Source: Mobula hypostoma
Taxonomy: Eukaryota
Direction of reading: 5' to 3'
Length of the DNA stretch: 64,000 nucleotides
Assembly (NCBI RefSeq): GCF_963921235.1
Contig: NC_086118.1
Span: 47,058,001-47,122,000, forward strand
Shown: positions 48,849 to 60,388 of the stretch, in pieces
How positions within the stretch are numbered: position 1 is the stretch's first letter
How the letters are laid out: every line of letters starts with the position of its first letter
Made by a program: the position numbers and the translations under genes
The notes under the pieces: model-generated
Databases searched by the model: none
Told to the model about the DNA's origin: nothing
Seen by the model: only the letters and a program-made list of their open reading frames with translations

Positions 48849-50289
48849 GTACTTCTTCCTATAGATGCTGCCTGGCCTGCTGAGTTCCACCAGTATTTTG
48901 TGTGTGTTGCTTGAATTTCCAGCATCTGCAGGTTTTCTCGTGTTTTAAGTATTTAACCTTGTTCTCTTTGCACCTTGGGTATTCAATTCTGAAGTGATAC
49001 ATGTGCAAAACATATTTATTTGAACACCCTTTGATCAGGACATCTTTCTGGAAAAAATGGTAAAAAAAAAAGGCGGTGAAGCTAAGAACCCATCCTCTTT
49101 CTCACCTCCAAAGAAGACTCTTCCTTGCTGCTATTGCTTGTCAAGCCCCAGACTAGCTTTGATGGATAAATGGTTGAGAACAGGAAAAATACTGGAGTGA
49201 ATTGTTAAGGAAGTGGTGGTAGATCACATAAAATTATAATAGGAATGGGCAGGGACTGTGTGTCTATGAAAGGAAAAGATGTTTGACAAGTCTATTGGTA
49301 TTTTTGTCAATGAGAACCAGAATAGATTAGGGCATGCAAGTCGATGTGATAGCTGTGGACTTTCAGAAGGCTTTCAAATAGGTGCCAAACAAGAACATTA
49401 CTTTAAATTAAATCAGAGTTCACAATATTATAGGAAATATTTAGTCATGAATTGGGTATTGGTTAATGGACAGAAGACAAAATAGAAATATTTGGGTTGG
49501 GTGTATGTGATGAATGGTATGTTGAAGAAATTATTGCTAAGGGTTCAGTTGTTCACAGTCCATATCAGTGATTTACAGATTGGTTCTAGTATATATCCAA
49601 GTTTGTTGGTGATAAAAAAAAATGGCAAAATAGGTTTTGAGCAGAAAGCAGAAATGGTTCTTTGGTGTATAGACAATGGGCAAGTATTTAACATATAGAA
49701 TATATGATGGAGTTATCCACTTTGGTAGAAACAATAGAAAGGTAAAGTAAACACATTCTTAAAAGATAGAAAATTGCAAGAAGTTAGTATCCAGAAGGAA
49801 CTGGGCAAATCAGATCCTCATATTTTCTTATAATAGAAGGAAACTCTACCTAAGTCTATGCAAATTCACAGAGCATTTGCACCATCCTCGTTCTCCATGT
49901 TTTGTGTAATTTAATCTTTCTCACATATCCATCTACTACCTCCTTTTTCTTATTGCACCTACCTATAATGAGGCTAATTCATAGTAACCGATTAACGTAC
50001 CAGCATTTTGTTTTGAAATGCAGTGAATTTGGAGCATCTGGGAGAAATCCATGTGGCCATAGGGAAAATGTGAACTACGTAGTGCTACCTGAGGCTAGAA
50101 CTGAATTTGGGTCATTTGAGCTGTGTTTCACTTGTGTTCTAATCACTAGTATGTAATAAAAATGCAGGCACAGCAAACAATTATGCATGACCCTGATGAG
50201 ACTGCATCTAGTATATTGTGTACAAGTACATCCCAGGCATGGGCCTTTTGCCCTATGACGTCTGTGCTGAACATGTTGTCAATTGAAAT

Positions 50290-51231
50290 TGATCATTGCC
50301 AGCACCAGGTCTGTATTTCTGCATTCAAAGCATGTTTGTATGCCTGTCTAAATGCCTCTTAACCATTGCTATCATATCTGCTTCCAACTCCAAGTTTGCC
50401 CAATCTCTCTTTATAGCTAATACCCTGTAATTCAGGAAACATCCTGGTGAACCTCTTCTGCATCCTCTTCAAATAAGACCAAAACAAAATTCTATACAGC
50501 TATAACATGACTTACCAACTTTTATATGTAACATTTCAACTGATGAAGGCAAATATGCCAGATGCATTCCTTACCAACTGATTCTGGTTTATGTTGCCGC
50601 TTCTGAGAATCTATAGACATGCGCCCCAAGATCCCTCTATACCTCTATGCTTCAAGTGGTCCTACCATTTATTTTATATCTTCCCATTTGACCTCCCAAA
50701 GTGCAACAACGCACGTTTGTCCAGATTAAATTCCATCTAACATTTCTCTGTCCACATTTCCATCTGGTTGACATCTTGATGAATTTTTTGATAACCTTCT
50801 TCACTATTCACAAGTTCACCAATTTTTGTGTCATCTTCAAATTTACTAATCAGCTCAATCATATTTTCATCCAAGACATATATCACATATAACAGAGGTG
50901 TCATCCTTGATCCCTGCAGAACATCACAGGTCACAGATCTCCAGGCAGAGTAACACTCTCCACCACTGTCCTCTGCTTTCTATGACGTTTTTTGAATCCA
51001 AGCTACCAAGCCATCATGGATTTCATGTGGCTTAATGTTCTGTGTCAGACTGCTATGAAAGACCCTGTCAAAAGTTTTACTAAAGTCCATGTATTTAGCA
51101 ACCACTGTCTTGCCATCTCAATCATCTTTGTCATCTCAAAATGTAATCAAGTTTGTAAGACATGACATCTTCTGCACAAAGGCATGCTAACTATTGTTAA
51201 TAAGTCCATGCTGTGAATTGATCCTAACCCT
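50290..51231 (-). mobile_element. Old CR1 LINE fragment (continues 54866..55450 and ~55940..56100), split by L1 and younger CR1
   Basis: ORF 50737..50934 VLQGS..SKFEDDTKIG; ORF 55024..55218 K.SGPDGIY.RLLRE; flanks rejoin across the L1 TSD. Confidence 0.7.
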
Positions 51232-51242
51232 AAAAATCTTCT

Positions 51243-54200
51243 TTCTTCGCTTTTCTTTATTAATCTTTTTATTCATTTAAAAAGAGCATATATACAAACA
51301 AGGGAATTATCTTGAATATATATATCAATAACAATACAAACAGAAAGTGAACTAGACGTTATCAAAATCATACATAGTATTAAGCTAATATGTAGTATAT
51401 AATAAAAAAGAAGACAGCTAATTCTCCTCTTATCAGTTCATAGAGAAAGAAAAAAAACTTTAAATTTTTAAAATGAGAAGAAAAAAAAACCTTACACTAT
51501 ATGACAAAAGGAAAAAAAGGGACTGGACAGTCCATTCTGAGGATACGACCAAACAAAAAAGACTTTCTGACCAAATCTAAAACTTTGAAAAAAAAATTGG
51601 AAGAGCGATAAATCAAATCAAATGAAAATATTGAATAAAAGATCGCCAGATTTGCTCAAATTTAAAGGAGGTAGCAAATGTCCGACTTCTTATATTCTCT
51701 AAAATTAAACAGGACATAATGGAGGAAAGCGAATAAAAGACAGTAGGTGGATTAGAGTCCTTCCACTTCATTAAAATGGCTCTCCTAGCCAATAAAGTTG
51801 AAAAGGCTGTCATATGTTGAGCGGAAACAGGAATATTTCCTGCTTCCGATAGGATAATCCCAAAGATAGCCATAAGTAAATTAGGTTGTAGGTCCAGATC
51901 CAAGACTTTTGATAGCGTTTTAAAAACATCTCTCCAAAAATTATCCAGCTTTATGCAAGACCAAAACATATGAGTTAAAGTGGCCACCTCAATATTACAT
52001 CTGTTACAAATAGGATTGATGTTGGAAAAAATACATGCTAGTTTATCCTTTGACATATGGGCCCAATGCACTACCTTGAACTGTATCAAGGAATGGCAGG
52101 CTCAAGTAGATGAGTTATTAACCAAATGAAAAATTTTACTCCATTGATTATCTGAAAATGACTCTTGAAATTCCAATTCCCAAGCACATTTAATTTTATC
52201 GTTAGATATCATTCGTAAATTCAATACCTGTTTATAAATTATAGCTATCAACCCTTTTTGAAGTGGTTTAAGCTGAAAGAGAGCATCTGTCATATTAGGT
52301 GGATAAGCAGAAGGGTAATCTGGCAGCAAACCACGTAAAAAAATCCTAATTTGTAAATAGCTAAAAAAAGTGTACATTAGATAAATCATATTTATCCACT
52401 AACTGAGAAAAAGACATTAAACAATCCCCTAAAAACAAATCTGAAGAAGTTGTTATTCCCTTTGTTTTCCAAATTAGAAAGGCCTTATCCAAAATTGATG
52501 GTTTAAAAAAAATTTAAAAGGATATTACTAGAAAGAACAAAATTATTTAACTTAAAAAATCTGCAAAACTGAAACCAAATTCTTAATGTATGTTTAATAA
52601 TGGGATTAAAGTCTTGTCTACTAATCTTAGAAAACAGAAAGGGAAGAGGAGCTCCCAGTAAAGAGGCCAAAGAGAACCCCTCCACCGAGTTTTCCTGCAA
52701 ATCCAACCATGAAGGACATTCATGTATGTCAGAATAATGAATCCAAGAAGTAATATATCGAATATTAATTGCCCAATAATACATTCTAAAATTTGGCAAA
52801 GCCATACCACCGTCCTTTTTAAATTTCTGCAATAAGGGTTTACTCAACCTAAGATTTTTATTATTCCAAATATAAGATAAGAATATAGAGTCTATTCTGT
52901 CAAAAACGTTTTAGGAACAAAGGAAGGAACTGCCTGAAATATATATAAGAATTTCGGTAGCACTATCATTTTAATAGTATTAATTCGACCTATTAATGAT
53001 AATGTCATAGGTGACCATTTGGAAAGCATCTGTTGGGTGTAATCAATTAATGGAAGAAAATTATATTTATACAGGTCCTTAAAGTTTTTAGTAATTTTAA
53101 TACCAAGATAAGTAAAGTAATTTTTAGCAATACTAAAAGGTACTTGATGATATTGATCCGGGTAATTATTAATGGGAAATAACTCACTTCTATGTAAATT
53201 AAATTTATATCCAGAAAAACTACTAAATTCAGAAAATATAGATAACATAGAAGGAATAGATTTCCTAGGATCTGAAATATAAACTAACAGGTCATCTGCA
53301 TACAACGAAACCTTGTGTACTTTGTCCCCTCTCTTAATACCCTGAACAGTACTGGAATCTCTAAGAGCAATAGCAAGGGGTTCTAAAGCCAAGTTAAATA
53401 ATAGGGCTAAGAGGACAACCATGCTGAGTACCTCTGTATAATCTAAAGTAAGGGAAGTGTGGAACTCCAAACACAGCATGATTTGCTTTTGACTTTTCCC
53501 ATTGAGCAGCAACCTCTTAAATCTAAAAGTCAATTTTATATACATGGGGACAGGTCAGGCAAATTATTGGCTGGTCAATTAAAAGCAAATATGGCTAGAA
53601 GACAGATCCTGAAAATACGAAGACCTGATTTAACCGAAACGGTAGATCCTTATTAAATTAATAAGGTATTTATGGATTTCTACTCTAACCTTTATAAATC
53701 TGAATTTTCAGACAATATTACTTTTATGAATAGATTTTTGCAAAAATTGAATGTACCTAAAATTTCTATCCAGGATATGAATATATTAGATGCACCTATT
53801 AAACAAGAAAGAAACAGGTTCATCTGAATGCACTTGAGGAGAAGATGGCGGCACGACGCAGCGTGCAGCAGCCACTCCTGTGATGAGTATCTGTTATCTG
53901 TCAAGTAGGGTGCCGTGCACCATCCTGATTTGATGGAGACAGACGTGAGAGTGCGGAGGAACATCTGGTGAAACTTCTGAAATGCCTGTTTTGCTGCCGC
54001 TGCTACTGTGTGGTCCTGAATCTTGGGAGGGGAAGGCCCTGAGTCCTTGGCTTTGCTTGTTGCTCGGCGGCCAGGGAGGGGTCGAAGCGCTCGGCAGGGA
54101 TGGTGCTCGGTGTCGGGGGGCTGGTCGGAGGCTCCGAAGTTCTCCGACGGACTCAGAGTCGGCTGTGGTCGGGTGCTTCCAGGGTGCTGCATCGGCAAGT

Positions 54201-54854
54201 TTGCAGCGCTGGAGGTTCACGGCAGCGAGAGTTTCTCCCTTCTACCGTCTGTGTGAGATGATAGGCTATCGGAACTTTGAGACTTTTTTTTACCATGCCC
54301 ATGGTCTGCTCTTTATCAAATTACGGTATTGCTTTGCACTGTTGTAACTATATGTTATAATTATGTGGTTTTTTTGTCAGTTTTAGTCTTGGTTTGTCCT
54401 GTGTTTCTCTGATATCATACTGGAGGAACACAGTATCATTTCTCAATGCATGCATTTCTAAATGACAATAAACGAAGACTGAGTGTCCTCATAATCTAAT
54501 CTAATCTAATCTATAGACCAATCTTTCTACTGAATGTGGATTTTAAAATTCTTTCTAAGATATTGGCTAATAGACGTGAGAATATTTAACCTAGTGTTAT
54601 TTCCAATGATCAAACTGGATTTATTAAAAATAGATATTCACATTTTAACATTTGAAGATTATTAAACATTATTCACTCTTCTCCATCTAAAGAATCTGAA
54701 TGTGTTGTTTCTCTTGATGCAGAGAAAGCCTTTGATAGGGTGGAGTGGTCTTACTTATTTGAGGTTGTGGAAAGATTTAATTTTGGTCCGGAATTTACTT
54801 CCTGGATCAAATTGATCTATCAAGCCCCTATAGCTGCGGTTATAACTAATAATC
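51243..54854 (-). mobile_element. L1/Tx1-clade LINE, 5'-truncated with 5' inversion
   Basis: Minus 51243..~53455: GCPL..LALEPL, VSLYADDLL, YLGI, GGMALPN, CNRC..THMFWSC, A-rich tail; plus ~53456..54854: FYIHGDRSGKLLA, YRPI.LLNVDFKIL, DQTGFIKNR, SLDAEKAFDRVEW; TSD AAAAATCTTCT at 51232..51242 and 54855..54865. Confidence 0.88.
53815..54512 (+). mobile_element. Non-coding GC/CpG-rich retroposed element with (AATCT)n tail, nested in L1
   Basis: Begins near AAGATGGCGGC (53842..53852), CpG-rich body, AT-rich 3' part with AATAAA and aatctaatctaatctaatct tail; no TE-like coding motifs. Confidence 0.65.
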
Positions 54855-55450
54855 AAAAATCTTCTCCAATAATTTCTCTACAACTGCTGTAAGACTCACT
54901 GGCCTGTAATATATTGATTTGTCTCTATTGTTGTTCTTAAACAGAGAAGCAACTTTGGATTTTTTCTAGTCCTCTGGGATATCACCTGTGGTTAAAGAGA
55001 AAACAAAGATCTCTGTTAAGGCATCAGCAATTTCTTTTTGCCTCTCTCAATAACCTGGAATAGATCCCATCAGGCCCTGAGTACTTAGCCACCTTAATGT
55101 TCTTCAAGAGGTCCAACACCATCTCCTTCTTGATATCAGCATACTCTAGAATATTAGTATACCTCTCCTTGATCTTACTATCTTCCATGTCTTCTGAATA
55201 CTGATGTGAAGTACCCATTTAGTACTTCACACACTGGTTCCAGTTCCGGACATAAATTTCCTCTCTTTTCCTTGAGTGGTACTCCACTCTCCCTAGTTAC
55301 CCTCTTATTTTTAATGAATTAATAAAATGCCTTGGGATTCTTTTTAAATCCTACTTGTCAATGACATTTCATAACTCCCTTTAGACCTTCTAATTCCCTG
55401 TTTTTCCTGCTTCCCTTATGTTCCTGAAAGGCTTTATCTGATTCAGCTTC

Positions 55451-55935
55451 CTATATAGAAAGGATGTGGAAGCATTGGAAAGGGTACAGAGGAGATTTAC
55501 CATGATTTAGAGAGTATGCATTATGATCAGAGATTAAGGGAGCCAGGGCTTTACTCTTTGGAGAGAAGGAGGATGAGAGGAGACATGATAGAGGCGTACA
55601 AGATACTAAGAGGAATAGATAGCGTGGATAGCCAGCGCCTCTTCCCCAGGGCACCACTGCTCAATACAAAAGGACATGGCTTTAAGGTAAGGGGTGGGAA
55701 GTTCAAGGGGGATATTAGAGGAAGGTTTTTTACTCAGAGAGTGATTTGTGTGTGGAATGCACTGCCTGAGTCAGTGGTGGAGGCAGATAGACTAGCGAGG
55801 TTTAAGAGTCTACTAGACAGGTATATGGAGGAATTTAAGGTGGGGGCTTATATGGGAGGCAGGGTTTGAGGGTCGACACAACATTGTGGGCCAAAAGGCC
55901 TGTACTGTGCTGTACTATTCTATGTTCTATGTTCT
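55451..55935 (+). mobile_element. Young CR1 LINE 3' end (same subfamily as 22680..23627)
   Basis: ORF 55516..55869 nearly identical to C-terminus of 22667..23563; (TTCTATG)n tail. Confidence 0.9.
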
Positions 55936-56235
55936 ATATATCTTACATATACTTCCTTCTGCTTTTTGACTGGATTCGGTCATCCAAGGTTCCCAAACCT
56001 TGCCATATTTGTCCTTCTTCCTCATAGGACTATGTTGCCTGAATTCTGATCAGCTGGCTTTAAATGACTCCCACATGTCAGATGTGGTCTTCCGTATTAA
56101 CTTATAGAATGAGGGGAACACATTGGTATTTAAATCTATGAACTGGGATTTTCTTTAAGCCTTAAATGACAATTAAGATATGAGAGTAGGATGTACTTGA
56201 ATAATAATTTACCTTTTTATGTTCTTTTTTTGCAG

Positions 56236-56322
56236 ATTAACCAACATGGTTTTAGGCAAAAATTTAAATTAAAGGCTCCTTTCAAGTATGACAATCCAAA
56301 CCCATATAAAGCTTTAGATAAG
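56236..56322 (+). CDS. DNAH17: Dynein heavy chain exon 10 in window
   Basis: tttttgcag acceptor, GTAATA donor; INQHGFRQKFKLKAPFKYDNPNPYKALDK; 87 nt. Confidence 0.88.
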
Positions 56323-56700
56323 GTAATAATTTACATTTTTGTCAGTTGACTTGAAATTGTTCTGCACCATATGATTCTTTCTCAATAATAGCAAGGTCAT
56401 TATTTGAAAATATTGAACTCAATGTTGAGGCTTGTTTTCTGCTCATCCATTCTTGATTGTTTCACCAGCTCTATAAGTTCATAATTAATGGAATTATTTT
56501 TCCTATTACCATTTCCTTCTCCCAGTTCAAAACTTTCCTTGATATAACCTCTTCTATGTGTTATTGCTCCTGTGCTGTTCTTCTTTTGTTTTACAGTACC
56601 TTCTGTAGCTGGTTTGTACTCTTTCTTTATTTTCTTGTTGACTCTATTGTACAAGTTGTCTTTGAAAATACTAAAACATTTTTTCCGCATACCTTTATAG

Positions 56701-56853
56701 GCTCAAAGGAAAATTCTTGCTATGGAAGATGAATTGCAAACACTGTCACAATCAGCTGCACTGTTTGAAGTTTTAGTTCCTGATTGCAAACAGCTGAAAG
56801 CTTGCCGCAAAGAAATTGCATTATTGAAGGATCTGTGGGATATGGTTATTCTC
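56701..56853 (+). CDS. DNAH17: Dynein heavy chain exon 11 in window
   Basis: ctttatag acceptor, GTAAGA donor; AQRKILAMEDELQTLSQSAALFEVLVPDCKQLKACRKEIALLKDLWDMVIL; 153 nt. Confidence 0.9.
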
Positions 56854-57542
56854 GTAAGACTTGTGCATCACTTGCATTAAGATTTATAATTTTGATCAGT
56901 GAATTGTTTATTACCATTTGTGATGTCTTTAGAATGGATTCAATTTTGAAATTAGTCAACTGGGGGAAGAATTTGTTGTGAGTGTTTCAACCAAGAGGTA
57001 AACTTGGCAATGTATTAACATGTGGACAATTAATGTCTCTAGGTCTGTATTTGTTGAAGTAAGTTCAAAGTATGCTGTGTTACCTTGTCATAATGACTCC
57101 TCATCAGCTTGCCGGCATGGGTATTAAATGTGAATATACCAGCAGTGCCCAGATCCTGAAAATAAATATTAAGAAAACTCCCTTTGCTGTCCATTTCCTT
57201 AAAAACCTGCTATCTTTTCCCTCAGGTGCCTACCACATTCCATTTGGAAACCCCTGATTAATTCTGTTTCCATCGCCCTTACAGGTAGTGAATTCTAGAC
57301 TGTATTCACTCTGTATTAAAAAAAAAGTTTCCATATACCACACCCCTCCTTCGAAAAAAACGGAATCTATGCCTTAAAGTACTATTGAACTATTTGCTAA
57401 AGGGAAAAGCTTCACTCTATTCTTTCATAACCAGCCATGATATTTTATATCTATTTGAAATCCCTTTACACCCCTTAGAGAATCATAGAAAATTTATTAT
57501 AGGACAAAGATAATTCTGCCTATCATATCTGTGCTGGTTAGC

Positions 57543-57727
57543 ATCTCCCTCCCCCTCCCACTTTCAAATCTCTTACTAGCTCTTCTTTCAGTTAGTCTTG
57601 ACGAAGGGTCTCGGCCTGAAACGTCGACTGTACCTCTTCCTATAGATGTTGCCTGGCCTGCTGCGTTCCACCAGCAACTTTTATGTGTGTTGCTTGAAAT
57701 TCCAGCATCTGCAGATTTCCTCATGTT
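57543..57727 (+). mobile_element. Solo 185-bp Penelope tail unit with hammerhead
   Basis: 8-bp TSD TGGTTAGC at 57535..57542 and 57728..57735; matches tails at 35740..35920 and 48789..48946. Confidence 0.88.
57594..57629 (+). ncRNA. Minimal hammerhead ribozyme motif (C3U variant)
   Basis: AGTC-TTGACGA-A-GGGT(CTCG)GCCT-GAAA-CG-TC-GACT. Confidence 0.65.
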
Positions 57728-58384
57728 TGGTTAGCTTATTCTTACTTTTGTGTATGAGCTGTGTAAACTCATAAGCTATGGGTCTTCTTGGACATAAGTG
57801 GGGACTTTTTTAACGTGATGAGAGTTTTCATCTCTTTTATCTCTACTAATCAACTTCTGGATAGAAAAATGGTCCCTTGTTATCTTTCTGTTAATTACTT
57901 CAAACTATGACCTCTGTTTTTTGACTCTGACTCAGCCTGCTAAAGGAAGTAGATCCCTTCTGTTTACTCTATTAAGGCTCCTTGTGATTTCATACACCTC
58001 AATTGTATCTCCTTTCAGCCCCACAAACTTCCCCTCCTCCTCCAAGATGTCCACCCTTTCATAGCTAGAATTTTCTCCTCCTGATAACATCCTTGTTAGC
58101 CAGAAACAGCTGCACCTTCCCTTGTATACTCATATTTTCCCAGCAAAATAGTGAGCAGAAATGTTCACCTTACTCTAATTGGGCTCTGACATATTTCGTA
58201 TACAGTTCCAGAATAATTTCCATGGTCTTACACTCGGTGCATCAATTGATAAAGGAAGCACACTGCATACTTTATTATCTATCTTCCTTACCAAGAGTTT
58301 GGGGTTTTTTTTGAACTTCTAATAGTATGTGGAAATATAATTTGAGATCTCTGATTTGCTTCACAACACTAATCCTTCCATTTA

Positions 58385-58830
58385 GTGCGTCTATAGAGAG
58401 GAATAAACAGTTGGCATTTTGGGCCAAGACTCTTCATCGGGACTGGAAAAGGTGGGGACAGAAGCCAGAATACGAGGGAGAGGAATACAAGCTTGCAGGT
58501 GATAGGTGAGACCAGGTGAGGGGGGAGGGTGGGTGGGTGAAGTAGGAAGCTGGGAAATGATAGGTGGAAAAAGTAAAGTGCTGAAGATGAAGAAACCTAA
58601 TAGTAGGGGGCTGGGAGTAATTTCCAGAAGTTAACAAAATCTATGTTCATGACATCAGGTTGGTGGCTACCCAGACGAAACATGATGTGTTGCTTGTCCA
58701 ACCTGAGTTTGGCTTCTTTGTGACCATGGACTGACATGTCAGAATGGGAATGGGAAGTTGAATTGAAATGGGTGTCCTCCGGGGGGTCCTATCTTTGTGG
58801 TGGATCGAGCAAAGGCCCTCGATGAACAAT
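58385..58830 (-). mobile_element. Penelope-like GIY-YIG end and tail, degraded
   Basis: Reverse complement of FNS...RLGS.QPD.MN.DF end and tail; decayed hammerhead ~58408..58445. Confidence 0.7.
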
Positions 58831-58899
58831 TACTGTATAGCAGAAAGCTGATAATCTGATAAAAAAACAACATATTTACAAATGGTCTCCAATTTTCAG

Positions 58900-59148
58900 G
58901 TCAGGTTAACGATTGATGATTGGAAGACAACCAAGTGGAAAAACATTAGTGTGGAGAATATGGATTCAGATTGCAAGAAATTTGTAAAAGACATAAGAAC
59001 AATGGATAAAGAGATAAGGCCATGGGATGTTTATTCAGGACTAGACAATTTAATTAAGAACACCATGACTTCACTGAAAGCTGTAAGTGAATTGCAGAAC
59101 CCAGCAATAAGAAGTCGTCATTGGCAACAACTCATGCAGGCAACTAAG
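58900..59148 (+). CDS. DNAH17: Dynein heavy chain exon 12 in window
   Basis: ttttcag acceptor, GTACTA donor; VRLTIDDWKTTKWKNISVENMDSDCKKFVKD...SLKAVSELQNPAIRSRHWQQLMQATK (DHC_N2 region); 249 nt. Confidence 0.93.
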
Positions 59149-60265
59149 GTACTAAAGAAGGGAATTTTGTAATATTTTACAAAATCTTACAAATGTCATG
59201 CTGCAAACAATAATAACTTCCACTCAGAACCTTCTGTTGATTGGAGCAATTGGATGTGTTATATGGCAGTCTTGCATTCTGTTCCTAATTCTTATGGTTA
59301 TTTTTATACCTTTAAATGTTCTTTAGTTCTCTCTCAATATAAAGTGGACATTTTCACTAACTTGCTCAGAGGTATCTTTTAGGCTAAAGTGTGCACTGCA
59401 CTGGCTATTGTGGGATTGATAACATTGAGCAAAATAATTGCAGGACAAGATTACAAAAACTGTCTTAGTAAGAGTACTCAGAATTTAAATAATTATTTTT
59501 CAGACCGGTATCCTTGAGTTTCCCAATTGAGAATACTTGTCTCATATTCTGTTACCATCCCTTTGAGCTCAACACAATGTTCAGAAAGGTAAATGTTGGT
59601 TTGCCGACAACAACAACACCATTGCAGTTGTTATCTTGCCCAACAGATCCTACTGTTTCTTATACTTGTTATGTACATAGATATTATTTTCTTTATTATT
59701 TCAATGAATATTTTACTATTATAAAGCAATCTAAGCTTGCAGTTTGTAATTATACCCACACCATTGATAAGAGGGATGTACAGGTATTAGTTGCACAGAC
59801 TCATGTATTTGGAACAAGTTAGAATCACAGGAGAGACAACATCCAGTTCATAATCTTGCTTACATTCCCCATATGAATGAAACATGATCTGTCCATTTCT
59901 TGTAATTTTGGTGCCATATTGCATGCGAAGTTCTAGCAATGTTGTGTTAGCTAATCTTGACTGGTACTACAGAATGCAAATGTTGATTATATTTTCAGCA
60001 CAGCAGACTTAAGATGAGAAAATCATTCATGCTTCCTGCTTTTGAAGCCTGATTGTGAAAGTGTGTGAAGGAATCTGCTGTGAAAGGTCATAAAAGCCAA
60101 AAGCCATTGGTATTCACCAACTTTGCCTTACTATTTGGATGAGAGTACTTGCAGCTAGATGATGTAAAGAAAGGAGGAAATTCATTTTGAATGAGAGAGA
60201 AAACTGATTTTAAATGTGTGGAGAAATTATGGATTTAAAATTTACTTCATTTCATTGTTTCACAG

Positions 60266-60388
60266 GTCAATTTTGTAATGTCAGAGGAAACAACTCTTGC
60301 GGACTTATTGAGCCTGCAGCTGCACAACTTTGAAGATGAAGTGCGCAATATTGTGGACAAATCTGTGAAAGAGTCTGGAATGGAGAAG
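60266..60388 (+). CDS. DNAH17: Dynein heavy chain exon 13 in window
   Basis: tttcacag acceptor, GTATTG donor; [41 protein letters not shown]; 123 nt. Confidence 0.92.

Larger units (their letters stand above)
48244..48946. mobile_element. Penelope-like insertion with inverted (palindromic) tails
   Basis: Minus-strand PLE end 48244..~48785 joined to plus-strand tail ~48789..48946; TSD ATTTAACCTT at 48234..48243 and 48951..48960 (14 bp with one mismatch). Confidence 0.88.

Noticed and set aside
53692-54347. Several 77-168 aa ORFs on both strands
   Set aside because: By-product of a GC-rich repeat with few stop codons; no recognisable domain.
56400-56732. Overlapping ORFs on both strands in the short intron between exons 10 and 11
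   Set aside because: Low-complexity T-rich sequence with no recognisable motifs; only 56701..56853, in another frame, is the real exon.
58900-58905. Alternative tandem acceptor CAG GTCAG at exon 12
   Set aside because: The second AG (58903..58904) would shift the frame by 5 nt; the first gives the in-frame join.
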